Source of the DNA: Candidatus Nanopelagicaceae bacterium
Lineage (GTDB): Bacteria > Actinomycetota > Actinomycetes > Nanopelagicales > Nanopelagicaceae
Length of the DNA stretch: 57,373 nt
NCBI GenBank assembly: GCA_023254845.1
Contig: JALRKE010000002.1
Span: 1-57,373 of the forward strand
Reading direction: 5' to 3'
Below are positions 1 through 8,560 of the stretch, one piece after another (within the stretch, counting starts at the first letter, position 1; each line of letters opens with the position of its first letter). The notes beneath the pieces were generated by a model, which saw nothing but the letters and a program-made list of their open reading frames with translations, made no database searches and had not been told where the DNA came from. The translations under genes and the position numbers were made by a program.

Positions 1-1
1 A

Positions 2-811
2 GGCGATGGCGGCTTCAATGATGCGGTAAGTGAGGCTCTTGCTCTTGCCAAAAAGCGATTCAATCTCGTGCCACCATTCGTACGGGAAGTCCCCACTAGC
101 GGTACTGCCGTAGATCGACTCTCAAAGCTCCGCTTCTTAGCGAAGAACGGCTACACCTTGATTATCACTGTTGGAAGCGGCTACCGAGAAACTGTTCGCC
201 GCGTCTCTATGGAGTACCCAGAAACACAGTTCGCACCGATCAATGATAAAACTCTCGCACAACTAAATATCTCAAATATCTACTTTGATGAATTAGAAGC
301 AGCGCGCATTGCTGGCACCATTGCCCGAGTTAGAAGTAAATCGAAAGTTGTAGCTATCGTTGCGGGAACAAATGAAGTCAACGAATCATTTATCGCTGCC
401 ACAAAAGGAGTAGAAGTACTACAAATTCCATTTAGCGGAGATGTTGAAAATCTAAATACCTCTCTTGAAAGAGCCGATGTCATCTACTCGCTCTGGGACA
501 GAGACTCAAAGGTTTATGAGATTGTGATTAATAGAAAGCCTCGAACTCTTTACATTGCGCGCAACCCAGATCAGTACTTTGCAAATTTGGAGTCCAATTC
601 GAGAGTTATCGCTGTTATTGAGAAGAAGTTAAAGAAACCAATCGCACAATTGGTTCGACTTGGACTTGAGAATCGTGCGCTCATAGATATTGTTGATGAA
701 GAGTTAGGGATATTCGGTAGAAAATATGGATTGGCAAATGACGGGTTGGCCATCAAGCTCCGCCCTGGCCAAAACGCCGTTGTGAAAGCGGTAAAGGAGC
801 TCAAAGGTTAA
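2..811 (+). CDS. BMP-family (PnrA/Med-like) ABC substrate-binding protein; 5' end lies outside the window
   Basis: The frame is open from nt 2 (GDGGFNDAVSEALALAKKRF...), so the ORF-track start at 68 is internal. The sequence is BMP-like. It lies in tandem with a second BMP gene, upstream of an ABC ATPase and two permeases. Confidence 0.7.
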   Translation, partial: GDGGFNDAVSEALALAKKRFNLVPPFVREVPTSGTAVDRLSKLRFLAKNGYTLIITVGSGYRETVRRVSMEYPETQFAPINDKTLAQLNISNIYFDELEAARIAGTIARVRSKSKVVAIVAGTNEVNESFIAATKGVEVLQIPFSGDVENLNTSLERADVIYSLWDRDSKVYEIVINRKPRTLYIARNPDQYFANLESNSRVIAVIEKKLKKPIAQLVRLGLENRALIDIVDEELGIFGRKYGLANDGLAIKLRPGQNAVVKAVKELKG

Positions 812-974
812 AGTCAGGGTTTAGAGTTCGACCTCAGAATCTGTGTCGCAGCGCACCTTGGGCGCGACATGTGAAACGGCCAAAACAATGCGATTAAGTG
901 CCGGTAATGCCTTCCCGATAGGGTTCGCTCACGCTTCCCCAAACGTACGTACAAACCCCTCGGGAGGAAATAAA

Positions 975-1991
975 TTGAAGAGATCAACACGTCTCATCGC
1001 TGTCGCGGTTGCTGCTTCTCTCTCCGTTCTCGGAGTCACAGCCCCAGCCTCTGCAGCAAATACAAAAGCATGTCTTGCGCTTGATACCGGTGGTGTCGAT
1101 GACAAGTCATTTAACGCATCTGCATGGGCTGGCGCGCAGTCCGTGGCAAACAAGTCAACAACGGTCAAATACCTAGTTGCTCAAACTGATGCTGATTACG
1201 CTCCAAATATCAAGAAGTTAGTTGATGAAGGTTGCGACATCGTTATCGGTGTTGGCTTCTTGATTGCTGGCGCTCTTGAAGAAGCTGCTGAAAAGTATCC
1301 AAATACTAATTTCGCAATCGTTGATGGTGGCGGTTCCGGAGACTCAAACCATAAGGGTCTGTTGTTCGCAACTAATCAGTCTTCATTCCAAGCAGGTTAC
1401 CTTGCTGCTTCTTACTCGAAGACCGGCGTTGTAGCTACCTATGGCGGCATGAACTTCCCAGCAGTATCCGATTTCATGGATGGATACGTTAAGGGAGTCG
1501 CTTATTACAACGAGCGAAACAAGAAAAATGTAAAGGCACTTGGCTGGGATCCAGAGAAGAAAGACGGAACATTTGTCGGTAACTTCTCAGATCAGGCAAA
1601 GGCTCTTCAGATTTCCAAGCAATTCGAGCTACAGAAGGCAGATGTAATCTTCCCAGTAGCAGGAGGCCTTGGTGGCGCAACTGCACAGAACGCAATGACC
1701 AGCAAGCAATCAGTAGTTATCTGGGTTGACTCAGATGGAGTTATTGCTGTCCCGCAGTACAAGTCAGTAATCCTGACTTCAGTACTCAAGGGCGTTGGAA
1801 CTTCTGTTGCCCAAGTAATTAAGGATCAGAGAAAAGGCAAATTCTCAAGCACTTCTTACCTAGGAACGCTTAAGAATAAGGGAACTGGATTAGCTCCGTT
1901 CTATGACTTCAATTCGAAGATTTCTTCGAAGGTAAAGCGTGAGTTGAAGTTAATTGGCGCGAGAATCATTAACGGTTCAATCGACCTATAA
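975..1991 (+). CDS. BMP-family nucleoside-binding ABC substrate-binding protein (NupN/PnrA-like)
   Basis: Signal peptide KRSTRLIAVAVAASLSVLGVTAPASA is followed by the BMP hallmark DTGGVDDKSFNASAW. TTG at 975 is preceded by GGGAGGA (962-968). The ORF-track start at 843 would add a 44-aa extension that does not look like a signal peptide. Confidence 0.85.
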   Translation: MKRSTRLIAVAVAASLSVLGVTAPASAANTKACLALDTGGVDDKSFNASAWAGAQSVANKSTTVKYLVAQTDADYAPNIKKLVDEGCDIVIGVGFLIAGALEEAAEKYPNTNFAIVDGGGSGDSNHKGLLFATNQSSFQAGYLAASYSKTGVVATYGGMNFPAVSDFMDGYVKGVAYYNERNKKNVKALGWDPEKKDGTFVGNFSDQAKALQISKQFELQKADVIFPVAGGLGGATAQNAMTSKQSVVIWVDSDGVIAVPQYKSVILTSVLKGVGTSVAQVIKDQRKGKFSSTSYLGTLKNKGTGLAPFYDFNSKISSKVKRELKLIGARIINGSIDL

Positions 1992-2007
1992 AACACTAAG
2001 TAAAAGG

Positions 2008-2046
2008 CGAGCCAGGTGTGAGAAATCACCTGGCTCGTTTTCTTTT
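2008..2046 (+). terminator. Rho-independent terminator/attenuator between the binding-protein gene and the ABC ATPase
   Basis: Perfect 11-bp stem, cgagccaggtg (2008-2018) pairing with cacctggctcg (2027-2037). The loop is 8 nt and is followed by ttttctttt. Confidence 0.75.
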
Positions 2047-2107
2047 CCCTAATTTTCCGATAGATTTTCACCCATTACTTGGCGAGAAATAGGGGATTAC
2101 TCGATTC

Positions 2108-3616
2108 ATGTCAGTTGAATTACGCGGTATTACGAAGAGTTTCGGCTCCCTTGTAGCCAATGATGCAATCGATTTAAAGGTTGAAGCAGGCAAGATTCAT
2201 GCGATCCTTGGTGAAAATGGCGCTGGAAAGTCCACTTTGATGAATATTCTCTTTGGGCTTTTGCAGCCAGATTCTGGCGAAATTCTCATTGATGGAGAGA
2301 GAATCCAAGTCAATGAGCCGAGCGATGCGCTTTCTGCCGGTATTGGAATGGTTCACCAGCACTTCATGTTGATTCCGGTATTTACTGTTGCGGAGAATAT
2401 TGTCCTTGGGCACGAAAAAATCCGTGGCGTTGGAACGTTAGATTTGCGAGACGCTCGCACACAAATAATGGAGATTGCTAAGCGTTTTAATTTTGAAATA
2501 GATCCGGATGCTCTGATTGAAGATTTACCGGTTGGCGTACAGCAGAGAGTTGAGATCATCAAGGCGCTCTTCTTCAATGCAAAAATCATTATTCTTGATG
2601 AGCCATCGGCAGTATTAACCCCACAAGAGACTGATGAACTATTAAATGTTATGCGTGAGTTGAAGAAACAGGGCAAGTCAATCATTTTTATCACTCACAA
2701 ACTTCGCGAAGTTCAAGAGGTCGCCGATGAGATTACTATCATCAGACGAGGCAAAGTTGTTGGCAAGGCAGAACCAACTGCTACCCAAGAGGAGTTAGCT
2801 TCAATGATGGTAGGTAGACCGGTAGATCTTGAAGTCGCAAAGAAGCCATTTACTCCTGGTGCCGTCATCTTGAAGATTAGCGATTTGAAGGTGACCGACA
2901 ATCGAGGTCGTCCTCTAGTGAGTGATATTAATTTTGATGTCCGAGCGGGTGAAATACTTGCGGTCGCCGGTGTTCAAGGTAATGGCCAGACGGAGTTGGC
3001 GCGTGCAATTCTGAACTTAGAGCCGCATATCTACGGTTCAATCTCTATTGATGGAAATGAGATAGTTGGCAAGACCGTGAATGAATCACTTGAATCAGGT
3101 ATCGCCTTTGTCCCTGAATCACGTGAACTAGATGGGCTGATTAGCTCCTTTAGTATTGCTGAAAATTTGATCCTTGACACATTCCATAGCGCTCCGATTT
3201 CGAAGTCAGGGATATTGGATCTTGAGAGAATTAGGAGCAACGCTGAGGAGTACACAAAGCAGTTCGATGTTCGCCTCCAGAGTATCTCCGATCCGGCTTC
3301 ATCGCTCTCCGGTGGAAACAAACAGAAAGTTGTGCTGGCCCGCGAATTAACTCGTCCAGTTAAGTTACTGGTCGCCTCTCAGCCAACCCGTGGCCTTGAT
3401 GTCGGTTCGATTGAATTTGTTCATGAACGGATCCTGGCTGAGCGAGATGCTGGACGGGCAGTCCTCCTATTTAGTAATGAGCTAGATGAAGTTATGGCTC
3501 TAGCTGATCGAATTGCTGTTATGTATCACGGAAGCATCATCGATATCGTCGCTCCGAGCGTAACTCGTAATGAGTTAGGACTCTTGATGGCTGGAGTGAA
3601 GGGTAAGTCGGCGTGA
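2108..3616 (+). CDS. ABC transporter ATP-binding protein with duplicated ATPase domains (NupO-like nucleoside/sugar importer)
   Basis: Walker A GENGAGKST, Walker B IIILDEPS, and a second-half signature LSGGNKQK. The 502-aa two-domain architecture is typical of CUT2/BMP importers. Confidence 0.9.
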   Translation: MSVELRGITKSFGSLVANDAIDLKVEAGKIHAILGENGAGKSTLMNILFGLLQPDSGEILIDGERIQVNEPSDALSAGIGMVHQHFMLIPVFTVAENIVLGHEKIRGVGTLDLRDARTQIMEIAKRFNFEIDPDALIEDLPVGVQQRVEIIKALFFNAKIIILDEPSAVLTPQETDELLNVMRELKKQGKSIIFITHKLREVQEVADEITIIRRGKVVGKAEPTATQEELASMMVGRPVDLEVAKKPFTPGAVILKISDLKVTDNRGRPLVSDINFDVRAGEILAVAGVQGNGQTELARAILNLEPHIYGSISIDGNEIVGKTVNESLESGIAFVPESRELDGLISSFSIAENLILDTFHSAPISKSGILDLERIRSNAEEYTKQFDVRLQSISDPASSLSGGNKQKVVLARELTRPVKLLVASQPTRGLDVGSIEFVHERILAERDAGRAVLLFSNELDEVMALADRIAVMYHGSIIDIVAPSVTRNELGLLMAGVKGKSA

Positions 3617-4773
3617 AAAAGATATTTAACGGCTCAGCACTACTTCCGCTCCTCGCATTTGCACTCGCGATGCTTATCGGCGGCTTATTAATTGCATTCT
3701 CAGATGCGAAGGTTCTTGCCCTTCGCTCCGAACCCTGGGAGATGGTCAAAGCTGGCGCTGCCACAGCCTGGAATGCCTATGTCGCGCTCTTTGAGGGAGC
3801 TTTCTACGATCCAAACTTGGCTCGCCAAGGTGGTGGCCAAGGTTTTTATCCGATCTCCGAAACCTTAGTTGTTGCTGCACCACTTATTCTTGCTGGCCTA
3901 TCAGTAGCACTTGCATTCCGTGCCGGACTCTTCAATATCGGAGCCCAGGGCCAATTCATATTTGGTGCAATTGGGGCTTCATATATTGGATTTACTTTTG
4001 AATTACCACCGCTACTTCACATCATCGTTGCGATGCTATTTGGTGTATTTATCGCCGGAATCTACGGTGGAATTGTTGGCTTACTCAAAGCAAAGACTGG
4101 TGCGCACGAAGTTATTGTCACGATCATGCTTAATTACGTTGCCAGCTATCTCTTGCTCTGGTTGTTGAAGACTCAAGCATTCTTGCGCGAAGGACGAAAT
4201 GATCCGATTGCCCCAGACATTTTGGAGAGCGCTCGGTTACCGAAAATATTGGGAAGCGAATTCCGAATCAGCGTTGCTATCTTGATCTCACTGCTAGTTG
4301 CTTGGTTGATTGCTTTCTTGCTAAACAAAACAACTCTCGGCTTTAGATTCCGCGCTGTTGGGGCAAATGCCACCGCTGCGCGGACCGCCGGTATGTCAGT
4401 TGCCTTTGTAACCACATCGGTGATGATTGTTGCCGGCGCCCTAGCAGGACTGGGCGGTGCGCTAAATGTCCTCGGTGGTGAGTATGCACTTACTGTAGGA
4501 ATCGCAGGATCATTTGGTTTTGATGCAATCACTGTTGCACTTCTTGGGCGCGCAAAGCCGCTCGGAGTCGTTTTATCTGCATTCCTATTTGCATCGCTTC
4601 GCGTAGGCGGTCAGATGATGCAAGCAAAGACAGATACCCCACTTGATCTAGTTCTTGTCATTCAGGCGCTCATCATTCTCTTCATTGCGGCTCCTGCGTT
4701 AGTGAAGGCGCTCTTTAGATTAAAGAACATCAACTCATCTACCGGCATGGCTGCGAAGGGTTGGAATGGATAA
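3613..4773 (+). CDS. ABC transporter permease (NupP-like)
   Basis: Polytopic hydrophobic protein. GTGA start/stop overlap with the ATPase gene. BMP-type permease context. Confidence 0.85.
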   Translation: MKKIFNGSALLPLLAFALAMLIGGLLIAFSDAKVLALRSEPWEMVKAGAATAWNAYVALFEGAFYDPNLARQGGGQGFYPISETLVVAAPLILAGLSVALAFRAGLFNIGAQGQFIFGAIGASYIGFTFELPPLLHIIVAMLFGVFIAGIYGGIVGLLKAKTGAHEVIVTIMLNYVASYLLLWLLKTQAFLREGRNDPIAPDILESARLPKILGSEFRISVAILISLLVAWLIAFLLNKTTLGFRFRAVGANATAARTAGMSVAFVTTSVMIVAGALAGLGGALNVLGGEYALTVGIAGSFGFDAITVALLGRAKPLGVVLSAFLFASLRVGGQMMQAKTDTPLDLVLVIQALIILFIAAPALVKALFRLKNINSSTGMAAKGWNG

Positions 4774-6038
4774 TGGCCAAAATCTCTAATCTAACTCCCG
4801 CCCAAAGGCGAACCCGACGAGGTATCTACACGCTCGGAATATTCACTCTCTTAGCTAGCTTTCCATTCATTTTCCTTGCTAAAGATTCGGCAGATGTTAC
4901 CTATGGCTTTGTGCTTCGCGATGAATGGGTATTGATTAATGAATGGATTATTAACTCAAAAACAGCAGCAATCATCTTTATATCTTTAGCAGCGATATCA
5001 ACAATTGCATCTTATTTATTCTTCTTGAAAGGTAAGAAAGTCGGAACCTTCTCTTTTATCGGAGCTTTCTCGCTACTAATGGCATTTCTCTCTTGGGCAG
5101 CAAAAGGGAGCTTCATTCCGCTAACGGGAGTCTTCCAAGGCGCACTCTTACTTGCAGTCCCACTGATATTTGGCGCGATGGCCGGTGTTATCTGTGAGCG
5201 CTCTGGTGTTATCAACATTGCAATCGAAGGACAACTTCTAGCCGCTGCCTTTGCCGCGGGTGTCGTAGCGAGCCTTACCCAGAGCACGACTTGGGGGTTA
5301 ATCGTGGCTCCATTTGCAGGTGCACTTATCTCATTGATTTTGGCAACTTTTGCTATCAAATACCAGATTGATCAAGTCATCCTTGGGTTCGTCATTAATG
5401 TTCTGGTTATTGGGCTTACTGGCTTCTTGTATAAGAAGTTGCTGATTCCTTATCAAGATACCTGGAACAGTGGACCGATTCTCTCGCCGATAGAAATCCC
5501 ATTGCTCTCCAAATTACCAATCATCGGCCCGGTTCTCTTCAAGCAGACCATCATCGTCTACCTGATGTATCTTGCTGTTGGGCTAACCCACTACTACCTA
5601 TTTAAAACTCGCTGGGGACTTCGTACCCGCGCAGTCGGAGAACATCCAACCGCTGCCGATTCTGTCGGAATTAAAGTCAATGCGCTTCGGTTTAGAAATG
5701 TAATCCTCGCCGGAGCTGTGGCGGGACTCGGTGGCGCTTACTTCACGGTGGGCGCGGTGGGAATGTTCGGTAAAGAAATGACTGCCGGTAAGGGCTTTAT
5801 TGCCCTTGCTGCGCTTATTTTCGGAAGGTGGAGTCCAAAGGGTGCAGTCGCTGCTGCTCTACTATTTGGATTCGCTGACAACCTACAGGTCGTACTATCG
5901 ATTATCGGAACAGCCATCCCAAGTGAATTCCTTCTTATGGTTCCATACATTGCAACAATCATTGCGGTATCTGGTTTCGTTGGAAAAGTTAGAGCTCCGG
6001 CGGCTGATGGAATCCCGTATACGCGCGGAAGTCATTAG
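4773..6038 (+). CDS. ABC transporter permease (NupQ-like)
   Basis: Polytopic hydrophobic protein. ATG at 4773 overlaps the upstream stop as TAATG. An alternative in-frame ATG lies at 4761. Confidence 0.85.
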   Translation: MAKISNLTPAQRRTRRGIYTLGIFTLLASFPFIFLAKDSADVTYGFVLRDEWVLINEWIINSKTAAIIFISLAAISTIASYLFFLKGKKVGTFSFIGAFSLLMAFLSWAAKGSFIPLTGVFQGALLLAVPLIFGAMAGVICERSGVINIAIEGQLLAAAFAAGVVASLTQSTTWGLIVAPFAGALISLILATFAIKYQIDQVILGFVINVLVIGLTGFLYKKLLIPYQDTWNSGPILSPIEIPLLSKLPIIGPVLFKQTIIVYLMYLAVGLTHYYLFKTRWGLRTRAVGEHPTAADSVGIKVNALRFRNVILAGAVAGLGGAYFTVGAVGMFGKEMTAGKGFIALAALIFGRWSPKGAVAAALLFGFADNLQVVLSIIGTAIPSEFLLMVPYIATIIAVSGFVGKVRAPAADGIPYTRGSH

Positions 6039-6051
6039 CTTAGGAATATCT

Positions 6052-6438
6052 ATGGAGATTGATTGGAAGGCGCTTCAAGTTAAAGCTACGGAAGCGATGA
6101 AGAAGTCTTACTCGCCATACTCAAAGTTTCCTGTCGGCGTTGCGGCACTAGTAAGTGATGGCCGCGTCATCAGTGGTTGCAATGTAGAGAATGCAAGTTA
6201 TGGCCTAACTCTCTGCGCCGAATGCTCGCTCGTTTCTGAGCTGATCATGAGCGGCGGCGGCCGACTTATTGCCGTTGTTTGTGTGGATAAGGATGGAAAC
6301 TTGCTCTCACCTTGTGGCCGATGCCGCCAACTTCTTTATGAGCATGGCGGAGATTCCTTAGAGCTATTGACCCCAGAAGGGCCGAAAAATATGACTGTGA
6401 TTCTTCCCTGGGGTTTTGGACCTAAAGATCTGAATTGA
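6052..6438 (+). CDS. cdd: Cytidine deaminase
   Basis: Zinc and active-site motifs CAECSLV and PCGRCRQ, plus SPYSKFPVGAA-type N-terminus. ATG at 6052 lies just after the permease stop. The longer ORF-track form (5800) overlaps the permease out of frame. Confidence 0.9.
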   Translation: MEIDWKALQVKATEAMKKSYSPYSKFPVGVAALVSDGRVISGCNVENASYGLTLCAECSLVSELIMSGGGRLIAVVCVDKDGNLLSPCGRCRQLLYEHGGDSLELLTPEGPKNMTVILPWGFGPKDLN

Positions 6439-7724
6439 TGATGGCCGAGTTATTCGCAGCCGTTGAAATCATCTCTGCCAAGCGAGATCGGCAAGAGTTA
6501 AGCGATCCCCAAATTGATTGGGTGATTGATGCCTATGTCCGCGGGGTTGTGGCCGATGAACAGATGTCTGCACTTCTCATGGCGATACTTCTAAATGGAA
6601 TGAACTCCCGTGAGATATCGCGTTGGACCGATGCGATGATTAATAGCGGTGAGCGGATGAATTGGAGCGCCCTTGATAAGCCGACAGTGGATAAACATTC
6701 AACAGGTGGCGTTGGCGACAAGATAACTCTTCCCTTAGCACCGCTAGTTGCAGCTTGTGGTGCAGCAGTCCCGCAACTCTCTGGAAGGGGATTGGGACAT
6801 ACCGGTGGCACGTTAGACAAAATGGAATCAATTCCTGGTTGGCGCGCATCATTAACAAATTCGGAAATGTTAAAGGTCTTGCAAGATTGTGGCGCAGTTA
6901 TCTGTGCTGCCGGAAGCGGACTAGCCCCAGCCGATAAGAAGTTATATGCGCTCCGTGATGTAACTGGCACTGTCCCAGCAATTCCGCTAATTGCTTCCTC
7001 AATCATGAGTAAGAAGATTGCAGAAGGAACTAGCGCACTTATCTTGGATGTCAAGACCGGTAATGGCGCATTTATGTCTGATCCGGAGAAAGCGAGAGAG
7101 TTAGCTAGCGCTATGGTCGAGTTAGGTAAGCGCGCGGGTGTTACGACTCGAGCGCTTGTTACGGCGATGGATGTCCCACTTGGATTAACTGCAGGAAATG
7201 CACTAGAGGTCCGTGAATCAGTTGAGGTTCTTGCCGGCGGCGGTCCAGCTGATGTAGTTGAACTTACTATCCTCCTTGCCCGAGAGATGCTCGATGCTGC
7301 TGGAGTAAATGGAAAAGACCCCGAAGTGGCGCTGCAGGATGGAAGCGCTATGGATCATTGGCGCCGGATGGTGAAGTCCCAGGGCGGAGATCCAGATGCT
7401 GCACTTCCCATTGCTAGAGAAAAGAAAGTAATAACCGCGCAAAGTGATGGCCTAATCTCAAGTATGAACGCGCTTCAAGTAGGTATCTCAGCTTGGCGTC
7501 TTGGCGCAGGTCGAGAGCGACAAGGCGAGAAAGTCCAAGCTGGCGCAGGTATTGAGATTCTTGCAAAACCGGGGGCTCAAGTAAAAAAGGGCGATCCGAT
7601 ATTTACGCTTCACACAGATGATGCTACGAGATTTGAAAGAGCTGAGGCTGCTTTAGATGGAGCTGTGGTTATCGGTACTTCAGTTGCAGAAAGCCTGCCG
7701 CTAGTTATTACAAGAATCGTTTAG
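6438..7724 (+). CDS. deoA: Thymidine/pyrimidine-nucleoside phosphorylase
   Basis: Motifs HSTGGVGDK, SGRGLGHTGGTLDK and the C-terminal PYNP domain. Possible starts are TTG 6435, ATG 6438 and ATG 6441. Confidence 0.92.
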   Translation: MMAELFAAVEIISAKRDRQELSDPQIDWVIDAYVRGVVADEQMSALLMAILLNGMNSREISRWTDAMINSGERMNWSALDKPTVDKHSTGGVGDKITLPLAPLVAACGAAVPQLSGRGLGHTGGTLDKMESIPGWRASLTNSEMLKVLQDCGAVICAAGSGLAPADKKLYALRDVTGTVPAIPLIASSIMSKKIAEGTSALILDVKTGNGAFMSDPEKARELASAMVELGKRAGVTTRALVTAMDVPLGLTAGNALEVRESVEVLAGGGPADVVELTILLAREMLDAAGVNGKDPEVALQDGSAMDHWRRMVKSQGGDPDAALPIAREKKVITAQSDGLISSMNALQVGISAWRLGAGRERQGEKVQAGAGIEILAKPGAQVKKGDPIFTLHTDDATRFERAEAALDGAVVIGTSVAESLPLVITRIV

Positions 7725-8560
7725 ATACCGATTGGGTGCCAGACTGTCTTATATTCCATAAAACTCAAGATGCGCTTTAATGAGGCATCTTTTTCAAAGC
7801 GATAAATACGCTTTAAGTTTTCAGTTCCGGCTTTCTTGATCTCACCATCTAGCTTCTTATCCGCACCTGAGAGATCTATTCCATCTACTTCCATATGGCT
7901 AGCTAACCAAGGAATTAGCTCGCTCTTGCTTCCAGTAAGAATATTTACAACGCCGGCCGGGAGGTCGCTAGTGGCCATAACTTCAGCAAGTGATATTGCT
8001 GATAAGGGGAGTCGCTCGCTTGCAATTAAGACGGCGGTATTTCCGCTTGTGATGACTGGAGCGAGACCTCTCGTTAACCCCAACAGCGATTCCTTCTCAT
8101 CGGCAATCACGCCAACGACTCCGAGTGGCTCTGGGATAGTGAAGTTGTAGTACGGACCAGCAATTGGATTTGTGCCACCAGAAGTAGTTGAAATCTTGTC
8201 GCTCCATCCGGCGTACCAGACCCATAGATCAATCGAATCTTGAACTTGCTTGCGAGCAACCGAATCAGATACGCCTTCGAGAGCCTTGATCTCAGCAACA
8301 AATTGCTCAGTTCTACCTTCAAGCATCTCGGCCATGCGATAAAGGATCTGTCCTCTGTTATATGCAGTCGCATGAGACCAACCTGAAAAAGCCGCTTTTG
8401 CTGCGACAACTGCATCGCGAAGATCCTTACGAGAGGCTAGCGCCGGATTGGCTATGAAATTGCCCTTCTTATCCTTCAATTCATAGGAGCGCCCTGATTC
8501 ACTTCTAGGAAATGCCCCTCCGATATAAAGCTTGTAAGTCTTCATTACATCAATCCGCAT
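7721..8560 (-). CDS. Aldehyde-dehydrogenase-like protein with the NAD-binding half only (no catalytic domain)
   Basis: Motifs KLYIGGAFPRSESG, GNTAVLIASE and GVVNILTG, then directly the ALDH C-terminal tail FMEYKTVWHP. No catalytic Cys or Glu segment is present. Its ATG overlaps the stop of the upstream ALDH (TAATG). Confidence 0.7.
   Translation of the reverse strand: MRIDVMKTYKLYIGGAFPRSESGRSYELKDKKGNFIANPALASRKDLRDAVVAAKAAFSGWSHATAYNRGQILYRMAEMLEGRTEQFVAEIKALEGVSDSVARKQVQDSIDLWVWYAGWSDKISTTSGGTNPIAGPYYNFTIPEPLGVVGVIADEKESLLGLTRGLAPVITSGNTAVLIASERLPLSAISLAEVMATSDLPAGVVNILTGSKSELIPWLASHMEVDGIDLSGADKKLDGEIKKAGTENLKRIYRFEKDASLKRILSFMEYKTVWHPIGI

Noticed and set aside
843-974. N-terminal 44-aa extension of the second BMP protein
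   Set aside because: The extension does not resemble a signal peptide. The signal peptide starts right after TTG 975, which has a strong GGGAGGA SD. The region is treated as leader, with some uncertainty.
5800-6051. Long N-terminal extension of the cytidine deaminase ORF (ORF-track start 5800)
   Set aside because: The extension overlaps the 3' end of the permease gene out of frame and has no Cdd similarity. ATG 6052 lies just after the permease stop and gives a normal-length Cdd.
6533-7054. 173-aa antisense ORF inside deoA, and similar long antisense ORFs at 38913-39464, 41561-42127, 53364-53804, 15980-16429 and 24779-25216
   Set aside because: All lie entirely within well-supported genes on the opposite strand. 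Their S/T/P/R-rich composition is typical of antisense frames, and none has a motif.
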